This document shows positions 29,132-38,400 of a DNA stretch of 64,000 nucleotides, piece by piece. Position 1 is the stretch's first letter. Every line of letters starts with the position of its first letter. A model generated the notes under the pieces. It was given only the letters and a program-made list of their open reading frames with translations. It was not told the DNA's origin and did not search any database. The DNA comes from Acidobacteriaceae bacterium (GTDB taxonomy: Bacteria > Acidobacteriota > Terriglobia > Terriglobales > Acidobacteriaceae): assembly GCA_027307045.1 (NCBI GenBank), contig DAHUXR010000006.1, positions 14,185 to 78,184 of the forward strand. Direction: 5' to 3'. A program made the position numbers and the translations under genes.

Positions 29132-30457
29132 ATGCGTAATCTGCTTTTCAAAGTCGGAATTTCCAGGATCGCGATCGTATTTGCGCTGTTCTTGATTTCG
29201 CGTGCTGCTTCAGCAGACGTGCTGAAGATTGTGGTAAATGACACCATACATCCGTTGATTGCTGAGAGGTTTGACTGGGCCATTCAAGAGGCGGAGCGAA
29301 CGCATGCCGACGCACTCCTCATCGAGTTGCGTACTCCGGGCGGCCTCATGTCTTCAATGGAACAAATCATTCAGAAGCTGCTCGCTGCCAAGGTTCCTAC
29401 CATCATCTACGTGACTCCAGCCGGCAGCGATGCCTCTTCAGCCGGCTTTTTCATTCTGGAGGCTGCCGATGTCGCCGCCATGGCGCCAAGCACCAATACC
29501 GGGGCCGCGCATCCGGTGTGGGGTGACGGACATACCATGGACCCGATCATGAAAGAAAAGCTGGAAAATTACGCGGCTTCCCTGTTGCGGTCTTACACTG
29601 GCAAGCGTGGCCGCAACGTGAGTGTGGCTGAGAGCGCGGTCCGCCAATCGAAATCCTTCACCGCGGATGAAGCCATTACACAACATCTGGTCGACTACAT
29701 TGCTACCGATGACAACGATCTCTTTCGGCAATTGGAAGGTAAAACCATCACGCGCTTTGATGGATCCAAAACCGTGCTGCATCTTGCGGGCAAGCCAGTC
29801 CATCTTCAGCAGCTCACACTGCGGCAGCAGACACTCTCCGTTCTGATGGATCCAAACATTTCTTTCATCATTTTCGCACTGGGATTGCTGTGCATCTTCT
29901 TCGAATTCAACCACCCTGGAGCGCTTTTGCCCGGAGTGGTGGGGTTTATTGCAGTTGCGATTTCACTCTATACCTTACAGTTGCTTCCCTTACGGTCCAT
30001 GGCGTTGGTGATGATCATCGCTTCTTTCGCGATGTTCGTACTGGAAGCGAAGCTTCAGACGCACGGCATTGCTGGGACTGGTGGCATTGTTTTAATGGTG
30101 ATCGGTGCGCTGTTATTGGTCGATGGACCGATCCCGCAAATGCGCGTACATCTCTGGGCCGCCTTATCTGTAGCGCTCCCGATTGGAATCATCACGATCT
30201 TTCTAATGACTATCGCATTCAAGGCCCGTAGAAACAAAGTCGTAACCGGCGCGCAAGGGATGATCGGTGAAGTGGCGATTGTCTGTGCCCCGCTCACGCC
30301 TTCCGGCAAGGTCTTCGTCCAGGGCGAACTCTGGGATGCGATCTCGCCGGCCAATGTGGATGCTGGACGCCGAGTGGTGGTTCGCCAGGTAGAGAACCTG
30401 GTGCTGCACGTGGAACCAGTGCACGAGGCAATACCTCAGCCTTCGATTGCAGGATAA
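29132..30457 (+). CDS. nfeD: NfeD family membrane-bound serine protease
   Basis: LRTPGG, ASSAG, GAAHPV, TM region, C-terminal OB fold GKVFVQGELWDA. Confidence 0.92.
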   Translation: MRNLLFKVGISRIAIVFALFLISRAASADVLKIVVNDTIHPLIAERFDWAIQEAERTHADALLIELRTPGGLMSSMEQIIQKLLAAKVPTIIYVTPAGSDASSAGFFILEAADVAAMAPSTNTGAAHPVWGDGHTMDPIMKEKLENYAASLLRSYTGKRGRNVSVAESAVRQSKSFTADEAITQHLVDYIATDDNDLFRQLEGKTITRFDGSKTVLHLAGKPVHLQQLTLRQQTLSVLMDPNISFIIFALGLLCIFFEFNHPGALLPGVVGFIAVAISLYTLQLLPLRSMALVMIIASFAMFVLEAKLQTHGIAGTGGIVLMVIGALLLVDGPIPQMRVHLWAALSVALPIGIITIFLMTIAFKARRNKVVTGAQGMIGEVAIVCAPLTPSGKVFVQGELWDAISPANVDAGRRVVVRQVENLVLHVEPVHEAIPQPSIAG

Positions 30458-30516
30458 TTTTTGCTTTTGTCATCCGTGTGCCATAAAATCCGTTCGACTT
30501 TCCCAATCGTGCTCTG

Positions 30517-31290
30517 ATGGAGGCGCCTGTGCTTTTTGTCCTTGTTCCGGTTGTCATTGTTCTTCTCTATATTTTTAACTGCATCAAGATCCTGCGTGAA
30601 TATGAGCGCGGCGTGATCTTTTCCCTTGGCCGCCTCCAGCAGGATGCAAAAGGCCCAGGACTCATCCTGGTATTCCCTCCAATCCAGAAAATGGTGCGGA
30701 TTGACTTGCGCCAGCAAGCCCTTGAAGTCCCGCCCCAGGACATCATCACCCGCGACAACGTGACTTTGAAAGTGAACGCCGTGATCTATTGGCGCGTGGT
30801 CAATGCACCGCAGGCAGTGGTGCAGGTGCAGAACTATTACTGGCAGACACAGCAGTTTGCCCAGACCACATTGCGCTCGGTGCTAGGCGAAGTCGAATTG
30901 GACGAATTGTTGGCGCACCGCGACAAACTGAATACCCGTATCCAGAGCATTCTGGACCAGCACACCGCACCCTACGGCGTGAAAGTCTCCAACGTCGAAG
31001 TAAAGCAGGTTGATCTTCCTGAATCAATGCTGCGCGCCATGGCCAAACAGGCGGAAGCCGAGCGCGAAAAGCGCGCGAAGATCATCCACGCGGAAGGCGA
31101 ATTTTCGGCCTCGCAAAGGCTGATGGAAGCGGCCCACATCCTCTCTGGCGAGCCTATCGCAATCCAGTTGCGCTACCTGCAAACCCTTACTGAAATTGGC
31201 GTGGAAAAGAACACCACCATCGTCTTCCCGTTACCAGTGGACATGATCTCCGCGATTACTAAGGCGGTAGAAAAGATCTCCAACAGATAG
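30517..31290 (+). CDS. SPFH/stomatin (slipin) family protein
   Basis: [48 protein letters not shown]. Confidence 0.95.
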   Translation: MEAPVLFVLVPVVIVLLYIFNCIKILREYERGVIFSLGRLQQDAKGPGLILVFPPIQKMVRIDLRQQALEVPPQDIITRDNVTLKVNAVIYWRVVNAPQAVVQVQNYYWQTQQFAQTTLRSVLGEVELDELLAHRDKLNTRIQSILDQHTAPYGVKVSNVEVKQVDLPESMLRAMAKQAEAEREKRAKIIHAEGEFSASQRLMEAAHILSGEPIAIQLRYLQTLTEIGVEKNTTIVFPLPVDMISAITKAVEKISNR

Positions 31291-31339
31291 AAATCGGGTT
31301 ACACTGGGGGCAAGCTTAAGCTCAAAAACCGGGGGAGAA

Positions 31340-31975
31340 ATGGCAACTGGGACACAGATGTCGGCAAAAGAAGACGATCAGGTGCGCGACACTGAAATCA
31401 CGCTGAGTACCGGCAAACTTCTTGGCATCTTTTTTGCCCTGGCGATTGTATGCGGCGTGTTTTTTACTATGGGATATCTGCTGGGTAAGAGCAACAGCGC
31501 CGGCGGAAGAACTGAGATCGTGGCCACGGTGCCCAGCAGCAGCGCGGGAAAGCCTTATGCCGGCAACAAGACTCCTGAGGCTCTCACGCAGACCTGTCCT
31601 CCTGGATCGCCTAACTGCGCGGCCGCTACAGCCAGCGACACAAGCTCAGCCACTAAGCCTTCTGATCAACCAGCCACGGCCCAGCCCACATCCGGCAGCA
31701 AACCGTCGGATCAAAGCACGGCGCAATCTGCGGGAACAGACGCTAAAAGCGGCGCCGTGAGCTCTTTCATGGTTCAAGTGGCAGCCGTCTCGAAACAGGA
31801 AGATGCTGAGATCCTGGTTACTGCACTGCGGAAGAAACAATATCCGGTCTTCATCGCCAATGCAGCCGGCGATCCCTTGTTCCACGTGCAGGTTGGTCCA
31901 TTCACCGACAGGAAAGATGCCGAGGCCATGCGCACTCGTTTGTCGGGCGATGGTTATAACGCGATCGTGAAGTAG
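31340..31975 (+). CDS. SPOR domain cell-division protein
   Basis: N-terminal TM, low-complexity linker, VQVAAVS...VQVGPF SPOR domain. Confidence 0.88.
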   Translation: MATGTQMSAKEDDQVRDTEITLSTGKLLGIFFALAIVCGVFFTMGYLLGKSNSAGGRTEIVATVPSSSAGKPYAGNKTPEALTQTCPPGSPNCAAATASDTSSATKPSDQPATAQPTSGSKPSDQSTAQSAGTDAKSGAVSSFMVQVAAVSKQEDAEILVTALRKKQYPVFIANAAGDPLFHVQVGPFTDRKDAEAMRTRLSGDGYNAIVK

Positions 31976-32131
31976 AGCTTTTTTCTGAAATCCCGAATCC
32001 GCCCAGCGGGTGAGGGAACCCTATTACAACTTAGGGAATCGCAACTTGCGCAGCGCGATGCATATCGGCAAAAGCGGACTGCGTAGTAACGATAAGGTTC
32101 CCTCGCTACGCTCGGGATTACAGAAAAAGCT
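31976..32131. repeat. REPIN/MITE-like inverted repeat pair
   Basis: Left arm agcttttttctgaaatcccga..gagggaaccctattac versus reverse complement of right arm agctttttctgtaatcccgagcgtagcgagggaaccttatcgttac. Confidence 0.75.
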
Positions 32132-32756
32132 AGTCCGTATCAAACCGCTGTTCCAGAAATGGATCGCCATACATGTGATAGCCGTTCTGCTCCCAGAAAC
32201 CGGGAACATCGTGCTCTGTAAACTCCAGTCCCCGCACCCACTTCACTGATTTCCACGCATAAAGATGCGGCACAATCAAGCGGAGCGGATAGCCGTGGTC
32301 GGCAGTGAGCGGCTGGCCGTCATGGTGCGTGGCAAAGAGAACATCGCCGCGGTCAAGATCGATTAAAGGCACGTTGGCGGTGAAGCCCTGTTCGGCATGT
32401 ACAAGAACGTACTTCGCTTCCGGCTTAAGTTTCACCAGCTTAAGAACTTCCTGGAATGCAACGCCTTGCCAGTCATTGTCAAAGCGGCTCCAGCGTGTGA
32501 CGCAGTGGAAGTCACTGTGGGTTTTGACTTTGGGCAGCTTGTTGAATTCGTCCCATTTGAGCCGCAGCGGCTGTTCTACCAGTCCGCGAATGTGGAAGTC
32601 CCAACGCGCAGGATCAAACCGTGGTATCGACCCGTAATGCAAAACAGGCCATTTTAGCGTGAGTGACTGGCCGGGCGGCAGACGTCCTGCCTGGAGCACC
32701 TGCTGCTCTTTTTCTTTGCGTTCATTGCCGGAAAAGATGCCGATGTCGTCGTCCAT
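32130..32756 (-). CDS. sulfite oxidase-like molybdopterin oxidoreductase
   Basis: RLPPGQ, DFHCVTRWS, HGYPLRL, YAWKSVKW, GFWEQNGYH. Confidence 0.9.
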   Translation of the reverse strand: MDDDIGIFSGNERKEKEQQVLQAGRLPPGQSLTLKWPVLHYGSIPRFDPARWDFHIRGLVEQPLRLKWDEFNKLPKVKTHSDFHCVTRWSRFDNDWQGVAFQEVLKLVKLKPEAKYVLVHAEQGFTANVPLIDLDRGDVLFATHHDGQPLTADHGYPLRLIVPHLYAWKSVKWVRGLEFTEHDVPGFWEQNGYHMYGDPFLEQRFDTD

Positions 32757-32895
32757 GGGGACATTTTAAATGCTTTGGTACGAGGCGATTGCAGGAAAGC
32801 AAACCTTGATTTTCTTTCACCCTGATGAGACTCCCGCCGTAGGGCTGCGGTTAAATAGATGCTCCCATCATTGGCATTGCGCGAAAGAAGAATAT

Positions 32896-32924
32896 TTGAC
32901 TGTCCCGCGTCTCAGGTGTAGGAT
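32896..32924 (+). promoter_or_regulatory. sigma70 promoter of leader-ATP-grasp-LLM operon
   Basis: TTGACT(32896)-N17-TAGGAT(32919). Confidence 0.65.
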
Positions 32925-32935
32925 TTGACACTCAG

Positions 32936-33040
32936 ATGCAACAGTTATTCACCAACCCGGCTTTCGCCAGCAACATGGCCATGTGTTGCTGTATGTGTAT
33001 GTGTACACGCGAGCGGCCGGTGCTGAGCAATTTTTCTTAG
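32936..33040 (+). CDS. Cys/Met-rich leader peptide (34 aa)
   Basis: MQQLFTNPAFASNMAMCCCMCMCTRERPVLSNFS*; directly after the promoter and directly before a terminator. Confidence 0.8.
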   Translation: MQQLFTNPAFASNMAMCCCMCMCTRERPVLSNFS

Positions 33041-33063
33041 ATTTAGACTCAGATTTAGACCGG

Positions 33064-33089
33064 GGCCGCTCAAAGTGAGCGGCCTTTTT
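33064..33089 (+). terminator. attenuator terminator
   Basis: ggccgctca-aag-tgagcggcc-TTTTT upstream of the structural genes; competing GAGCGGCC at 33011-33018. Confidence 0.85.
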
Positions 33090-33139
33090 GCTTGGCTTCT
33101 CACACGGGACAAGCGGCGCCTCTCAGGAAAGAGGAAGGC

Positions 33140-34105
33140 ATGTCAAAGCTGAAGAAGCCAATCGCAATTTACTATGAACACCCGCACTGGTTCGTTCCGC
33201 TCTTCAAGGAGCTGGAGCGCCGGGGAGTTCCATTCGTCCGCATTGACGCGGCCCAACACCATTTCGATCCTGCCCATTTGAATGGCGAAGGCGGATACTC
33301 ACTGGTGTTCAATCGAATGAGTCCTTCCGCCTATCGTCGAGGCCACGGCCAGGCAATCTTCTACACGCTCTATTACCTCGACCATCTGGAGCAGCGTGGC
33401 AAGCGAATTGTGAACGGACAAAAGGCGTTTCGCTATGAGACATCGAAAGCCCTGCAGCTTTCACTGCTTGAGAGGCTTGGACTTCCCTATCCTAAGAGCC
33501 GCGTAATCAATAACCCTGCTGACGCGGTGCAGGCTTCTGAAGGGCTGCGCTTCCCTATCGTGGTGAAGCCGAACATTGGCGGCAGCGGCGCCGGCGTCAC
33601 AAAGTTCAATTCGTGTCAGGAACTTGAGGCTGCGGCCAAAGCAGGCACGCTCGATCTAGGCCTGGACACAACTGCTTTAGTGCAGGAATTCATTCCTGCG
33701 CGCGGCGGCCATATTGTTCGGGTTGAAGTAGTCGGCGGTAAGTTTCTCTACGGAATCAAAGTCCACCTTACCGGTGAAACCTTCGATCTCTGCCCGGCGG
33801 ACATCTGCAAGACCACAGGCGGCCAGGAACTGGCCCGGGCAGCATGCCCCGTCGATGCGCCGAAAACGGGCCTTAAAGTTGAGGGCTACACGCCATCGGA
33901 CGAAATTATTCAGCAAGTCGAACGCATCATGCAGGAAGCGCAAATTGAAGTTGGCGGCATTGAGTACATCATCGATGATCGCGACGGCAAGCTTTATTTC
34001 TATGACATCAACGCGCTTTCTAACTTTGTTGCTGACGGACCGAAGGTAGTTGGCTTTGATCCGTTCGTGCGGTTAGTGGACTTTCTGGAAAAGGAGGCCG
34101 TGTAA
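33140..34105 (+). CDS. ATP-grasp ligase (RimK/glutathione synthetase-like)
   Basis: PIVVKPNIGGSGAG, LVQEFIP, GGIEY, FYDINALSNF; start ATG 33140 after GAGGAAGG. Confidence 0.85.
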   Translation: MSKLKKPIAIYYEHPHWFVPLFKELERRGVPFVRIDAAQHHFDPAHLNGEGGYSLVFNRMSPSAYRRGHGQAIFYTLYYLDHLEQRGKRIVNGQKAFRYETSKALQLSLLERLGLPYPKSRVINNPADAVQASEGLRFPIVVKPNIGGSGAGVTKFNSCQELEAAAKAGTLDLGLDTTALVQEFIPARGGHIVRVEVVGGKFLYGIKVHLTGETFDLCPADICKTTGGQELARAACPVDAPKTGLKVEGYTPSDEIIQQVERIMQEAQIEVGGIEYIIDDRDGKLYFYDINALSNFVADGPKVVGFDPFVRLVDFLEKEAV

Positions 34106-35151
34106 TGCGATACGGATATTGGCTTCCTGTTTTCGGTGGCTGGCTGCGCAACGTGGAAGATGAGCAGATGGAAACCAGCTGGGCATACGTCAGCCGGCTG
34201 GCGCGGCGCAGTGAAGAGATCGGCTTTGACCTCACGCTGATTGCCGAACTCAACTTGAATGACATCAAGGGCCCGGAAGAGCCATCGCTCGACGCATGGT
34301 CTACGGCTGCGGCGCTGGCCGCTGTGACACACCGGCTTGAACTGATGGTGGCAGTGCGGCCCACGTTCCACAATCCCGCGCTGCTGGCCAAACAGGCGGC
34401 AAATATCGACCACATCAGCAATGGCCGCGTTTCGCTAAATGTAGTTTCATCATGGTGGGCAGAGGAAGCGCGGAAGTATGGCGTGCAATTTGATAAGCAT
34501 GATGATCGCTATGCCCGCACTTCAGAGTGGCTGGACGTGGTGGACCAGGCATGGAGACACGATCACGTAAATTACGACGGCAAATATTACAGAGTTGACG
34601 ATCTAGTCTTGCAACCCAAGCCAGTGTCGCACCCACGCCCGGTAATTTACGCCGGTGGAGAATCAGAAGCAGCGAAGAACCTAATTTCGCAGAAATGCGA
34701 CGCGTACGTGATGCACGGCGACCCGCCAGAAAAGATCCGCGAGAAAGTCCGCGATCTCTCCGCTCGTCGCGAAAGATGGGGACTGCCGCCCATGCAATTC
34801 GGCGTGGCGGCATACGCTATTGTGCGCGATACCGAGCGCGAAGCCCAGGACGAACTGCGCCGCATCACTGACGTGCAACAGAACGCAGCCGGATACCAGA
34901 ATTACCAGCAATGGCTGGCTAACACGCAACTGGAGCAGCGCGTGTCTCTTGAAGATTACTCGGTCTCGAATCGCGGCCTGCGGTCCGGGCTTGTGGGAAC
35001 TCCGGAGCAGGTGGCAGAGCGCATCGCCGAATTTGAAGCTGCCGGCGCCGACTTGTTGCTATTGCAATTCAGCCCTCAGATGGAAGAGATGGAGCGGTTT
35101 TCACGCCAGGTAATCCGGGCCGGTGCGCGGGTACTTGCCCACGCAGTTTAA
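34105..35151 (+). CDS. LLM-class flavin-dependent monooxygenase (SfnG/SsuD-like)
   Basis: YWLPVFGGW, DAWSTAAALAA.T..LELMVAVRP, IDHISNGR.SLNVVS, AGGES, LVGTPEQVA; TAATG coupling to the ATP-grasp gene. Confidence 0.9.
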   Translation: MRYGYWLPVFGGWLRNVEDEQMETSWAYVSRLARRSEEIGFDLTLIAELNLNDIKGPEEPSLDAWSTAAALAAVTHRLELMVAVRPTFHNPALLAKQAANIDHISNGRVSLNVVSSWWAEEARKYGVQFDKHDDRYARTSEWLDVVDQAWRHDHVNYDGKYYRVDDLVLQPKPVSHPRPVIYAGGESEAAKNLISQKCDAYVMHGDPPEKIREKVRDLSARRERWGLPPMQFGVAAYAIVRDTEREAQDELRRITDVQQNAAGYQNYQQWLANTQLEQRVSLEDYSVSNRGLRSGLVGTPEQVAERIAEFEAAGADLLLLQFSPQMEEMERFSRQVIRAGARVLAHAV

Positions 35152-35290
35152 AACGAGGTTCGCGTCCCGCGAAACTGAGGAGTTGCCCCCAGGCTGCTCT
35201 TCAGATAGCAGACGAGCTTCATGCTCCTTCCCGGAAGCTCGTCTGCTTGCAAATTTCCTGTCCAGAACCCACGCTGGCCTTTTCGCCCCA

Positions 35291-35974
35291 TCAGAAACTT
35301 GTCCGTATATTTAAGTAAGCGAAAAGTCGTGTGACATCGACAAGGCCAGTGTGCGAAAAATCGTTCACAACCATGTCAGCGCCGGCTTGCTGTAGCATGG
35401 ATTCCCTTCCGTTGGCAGCGAGGCCCACACACTTCATTCCCGCGCTCTTGGCTGCAAGCACACCGGCAACGGCATCTTCGCATACCAAAATTTGACTCGC
35501 ATCGACTTGCAAGATCTGGGCGGCCAGCAAAAACAGAGACGGATCAGGTTTGCCCCGCTCGACGTCATCTCCTGTCACGACGGCGCGAAAACGATCGCGC
35601 AGATTGAAAAACTCCAGAGCCTGCTCTACTCGTCCGCGGCTACCGGAAGTTGCCACTGCGCTCGGCAATGCCACTGCATCAAGCTGCAGGAGAAATTCGG
35701 CAAATCCCGGGACAAGCTTCAATTCACCGGCACGAACCTGAAACAGTCTGTCCTTTTCAGCACCGTAACTCGCGGCTTCTTCTGGAGTGAGTTCACCGAG
35801 AAAGCGTTTCAATATGTCTTCGCGCTTTGCTCCTTCCCGGACAAAAGAAAGCTCCGCGTCACTGAATGCTTTACCTTTGGTCAGCAAAAAGGACTTCCAA
35901 GCCTGCATGTGCGCAGGATGGCTATCTACGATGACTCCATCAAAGTCGAATATTACAGCGCCAAGCATCCGCAT
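35291..35974 (-). CDS. HAD family phosphatase (beta-PGM-like)
   Basis: IFDFDGVIVDS, ATSG, GKPDP, EDAVAG. Confidence 0.88.
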   Translation of the reverse strand: MRMLGAVIFDFDGVIVDSHPAHMQAWKSFLLTKGKAFSDAELSFVREGAKREDILKRFLGELTPEEAASYGAEKDRLFQVRAGELKLVPGFAEFLLQLDAVALPSAVATSGSRGRVEQALEFFNLRDRFRAVVTGDDVERGKPDPSLFLLAAQILQVDASQILVCEDAVAGVLAAKSAGMKCVGLAANGRESMLQQAGADMVVNDFSHTGLVDVTRLFAYLNIRTSF

Positions 35975-35976
35975 TC

Positions 35977-36699
35977 CTACAAACCTTGAACGGCCGATTG
36001 TAGTTGAGCCAATCCGGGCCATGATTGTTGAGCATGCTGGTAGTTTGAGAGTGTGCCGATATCCAACAGGTATTCAGAAACTCTGTATGCGCTCATTTTG
36101 CCGATCATCCTTGGGAGCACGTCGAAGCCAAGATCTGCTGGCAATTGAGCGGGGAGAAAATCAAAGAGCTTCGGTCCGGCAATCATCACTCCCGCGAAAG
36201 CCCAATTGCCCACCGGCTGTGATGGCTTCTCGACAAACTCCTGGATGATGGAATTTTCATTCGTGGTCACAATGCCGCATCGTGTGGGATCGGGTACTTG
36301 ATATATCCCCAGCGTTGCCGGAAGACTCTTCTGCTGATGGAATTCAAGCATTCGTCGCAATTCGATGTTCGTCAGCACGTCAGCATAAAGAATAAAGAAC
36401 GCCTTCTCTCCGGCTACAAAGTCTCGGTTTCCCGCCACTGTTCCCGCGCTGCCAAGCAGTTCGGGCTCTTCGGCAATATACAAGCTCACCCCGGTCCTTT
36501 GCTTGGCAGCAAACTCTCGGATGGCCCCAACATGCGCATGTGTATTCACCAGAACGTCAGTGATTCCAGCAGACTTGCAGTTCTTCAGCCATATTTCCAG
36601 CAGGGGAACGCCTTGAATCGGCAGCAGACATTTGGGAACGCTGTCCGTCAATGGACGCAGCCGTGTGCCATTTCCGGCAGCCAGTAGAAAAGCCTTCAT
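35977..36699 (-). CDS. sugar-1-phosphate nucleotidyltransferase (Man-1-P/heptose-1-P guanylyltransferase-like)
   Basis: LAAGNGTRLRPLT..PKCL, LLGSAG, FVEKP, DIGT. Confidence 0.88.
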   Translation of the reverse strand: MKAFLLAAGNGTRLRPLTDSVPKCLLPIQGVPLLEIWLKNCKSAGITDVLVNTHAHVGAIREFAAKQRTGVSLYIAEEPELLGSAGTVAGNRDFVAGEKAFFILYADVLTNIELRRMLEFHQQKSLPATLGIYQVPDPTRCGIVTTNENSIIQEFVEKPSQPVGNWAFAGVMIAGPKLFDFLPAQLPADLGFDVLPRMIGKMSAYRVSEYLLDIGTLSNYQHAQQSWPGLAQLQSAVQGL

Positions 36700-36736
36700 G
36701 CGAGATCAGACGATAGCAATACGTTGCGGGCCCGGT

Positions 36737-37738
36737 TCACTGCTTTGCTCCAGAGACAGACACGAGCAAGCTCTGCTGTTTGCGCTTCCATTGCCACGCA
36801 GACTCAATAATCTCTTGCAACGACGAGTGCGCGGGATTCCAGCCCAGTTCATCCATGATGCGCTCTGGGCTGGCGCATAGGACGGCGGGATCACCTTCAC
36901 GCCGCGCGCTTACGCGCAATGGAATCATACGGCCAGTTACCCCCGCCGCCGCATTGTAGACTTCCCGCACTGAATAGCTTTTTCCCAATCCGATATTGTA
37001 CGCACGCATTCCTGGATTGTTCAGATTCTGCAGAGCACAAATATGCGCGCTGGCAATGTCCAACACGTGCACATAATCTCGGAGGCATGTACCGTCTGGC
37101 GTGTCATATTCATCGCCATAGATGTGAAAAACCTTGCGCTCGCCGGCGGCTGCCTGGAGTAAAAGCGGGATGATGTGCGTTTCAGGGTCGTGGCGTTCTC
37201 CCAATTCCGCAGTGGCGCCGGAAGCGTTGAAGTAACGCAGCGCCGTCACGCTCCATCCGTAGGCACGGCAATACCAGTCAAGAACGCGTTCGAACATCAG
37301 CTTGGTTTCGCCATAGGAATTCACGGGCTGCTTGGGATCATCCTCCTCAATGGGGACCCGCTGTGGCGTGCCATACACTGCCGCTGAAGATGAAAACACA
37401 AAGTTCTTGATCCCCGCAGCGCGCAGCACTTCCAACATAACGATTCCTGAAGCCACGTTGTGCTGAAAAAACATTCCGGGATTGCTGACCGATTCAGGAA
37501 TCAGCGCCTTGGCGGCAAAATGAAAGACCGCATCAAAGCGGATATGGCTCACCAGAGATTGCATCGCGCTCTGGTTGCCCACGTCAATCTGGAAGAATGC
37601 CGCGCCGGAAGGTACTGCTTCCCTGTATCCCGTAGAGAGGTCATCCACAATGGTGACCGAGTGCCCTTTGCGCAGCAGTTCAGCGCAACACACTGAACCT
37701 ACATAACCTGCGCCACCTGTAACCAACACATTTGCCAT
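36737..37738 (-). CDS. galE: UDP-glucose 4-epimerase
   Basis: TGGAGYVGS, FSSSAAVYG, YGETK, LRYFNASGA, DGTCLRDYVHV. Confidence 0.93.
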   Translation of the reverse strand: MANVLVTGGAGYVGSVCCAELLRKGHSVTIVDDLSTGYREAVPSGAAFFQIDVGNQSAMQSLVSHIRFDAVFHFAAKALIPESVSNPGMFFQHNVASGIVMLEVLRAAGIKNFVFSSSAAVYGTPQRVPIEEDDPKQPVNSYGETKLMFERVLDWYCRAYGWSVTALRYFNASGATAELGERHDPETHIIPLLLQAAAGERKVFHIYGDEYDTPDGTCLRDYVHVLDIASAHICALQNLNNPGMRAYNIGLGKSYSVREVYNAAAGVTGRMIPLRVSARREGDPAVLCASPERIMDELGWNPAHSSLQEIIESAWQWKRKQQSLLVSVSGAKQ

Positions 37739-37739
37739 G

Positions 37740-38399
37740 CTACACCCCTGATCCGCGCCAGACCCGAGCCGGGGTCTTAATGAGTATTTTCAGGTCAAAC
37801 CATAGCGACCAGTTCTCCACATAAAACAAATCCATTTCGATTCTCCGACTGTAGCCAGCGTCCTGATCTCCGCTGGTCTGCCAGTAACCGGTCAAACCAG
37901 GTTTCATCTCGACAAAGATCCAGGCTGCGTCGCCGTATTTCTTAAGCTCGATGGGAGTAATCATTCGAGGCCCGACAAGACTCATTTCGCCTTTGAGCAC
38001 GTTCCAGAGCTGAGGTAGTTCATCCAGGCCGCTGCGGCGTAGTCTGGCTCCGACCGATGTGATGCGGGGGTCGTCTTTCAACTTGAAATTCACTTCAAAT
38101 CGACGGCGAAGAAGAGCATCATGCCTCAAGATTTCATCGGCATCCATACGCATGGTTCGCAACTTGAAAGCGTCAAACTTCCCTCTGGGACCTACAACGC
38201 ATCGGCGGAATAAGGCAGGACCACCATCATGAAGCTTTATCCGCAGGGCCAGAATCAACACCAGCGGCCAGCACAGTACCAGAAGAACTAAAGCCCCAGC
38301 CAGATCGATTGATCTCTTCAGTGTACGATTCCACCGTGTTATCGGCAGCCGCTGGCTGCTCAAGAGGTTCTGTGCTTTTGCGGCGGCAGAAGCTGGCAC
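37740..38399 (-). CDS. priming sugar (polyprenyl-phosphate hexose-1-P) transferase
   Basis: KRSIDL, FKLRTM, DDPRIT, LDELPQLWNVLKGEMSLVGPR, KPGLTG.WQ. Confidence 0.93.
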   Translation of the reverse strand: MPASAAAKAQNLLSSQRLPITRWNRTLKRSIDLAGALVLLVLCWPLVLILALRIKLHDGGPALFRRCVVGPRGKFDAFKLRTMRMDADEILRHDALLRRRFEVNFKLKDDPRITSVGARLRRSGLDELPQLWNVLKGEMSLVGPRMITPIELKKYGDAAWIFVEMKPGLTGYWQTSGDQDAGYSRRIEMDLFYVENWSLWFDLKILIKTPARVWRGSGV

Positions 38400-38400
38400 G

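Noticed and set aside
32936..33040. Cys/Met peptide as a RiPP precursor for the ATP-grasp enzyme, or as a metallothionein
   Set aside because: It lacks the repeated Thr/Ser/Lys plus Asp/Glu cores of graspetides, and no transporter or protease is present. The terminator/antiterminator geometry explains it better. Not formally excluded.
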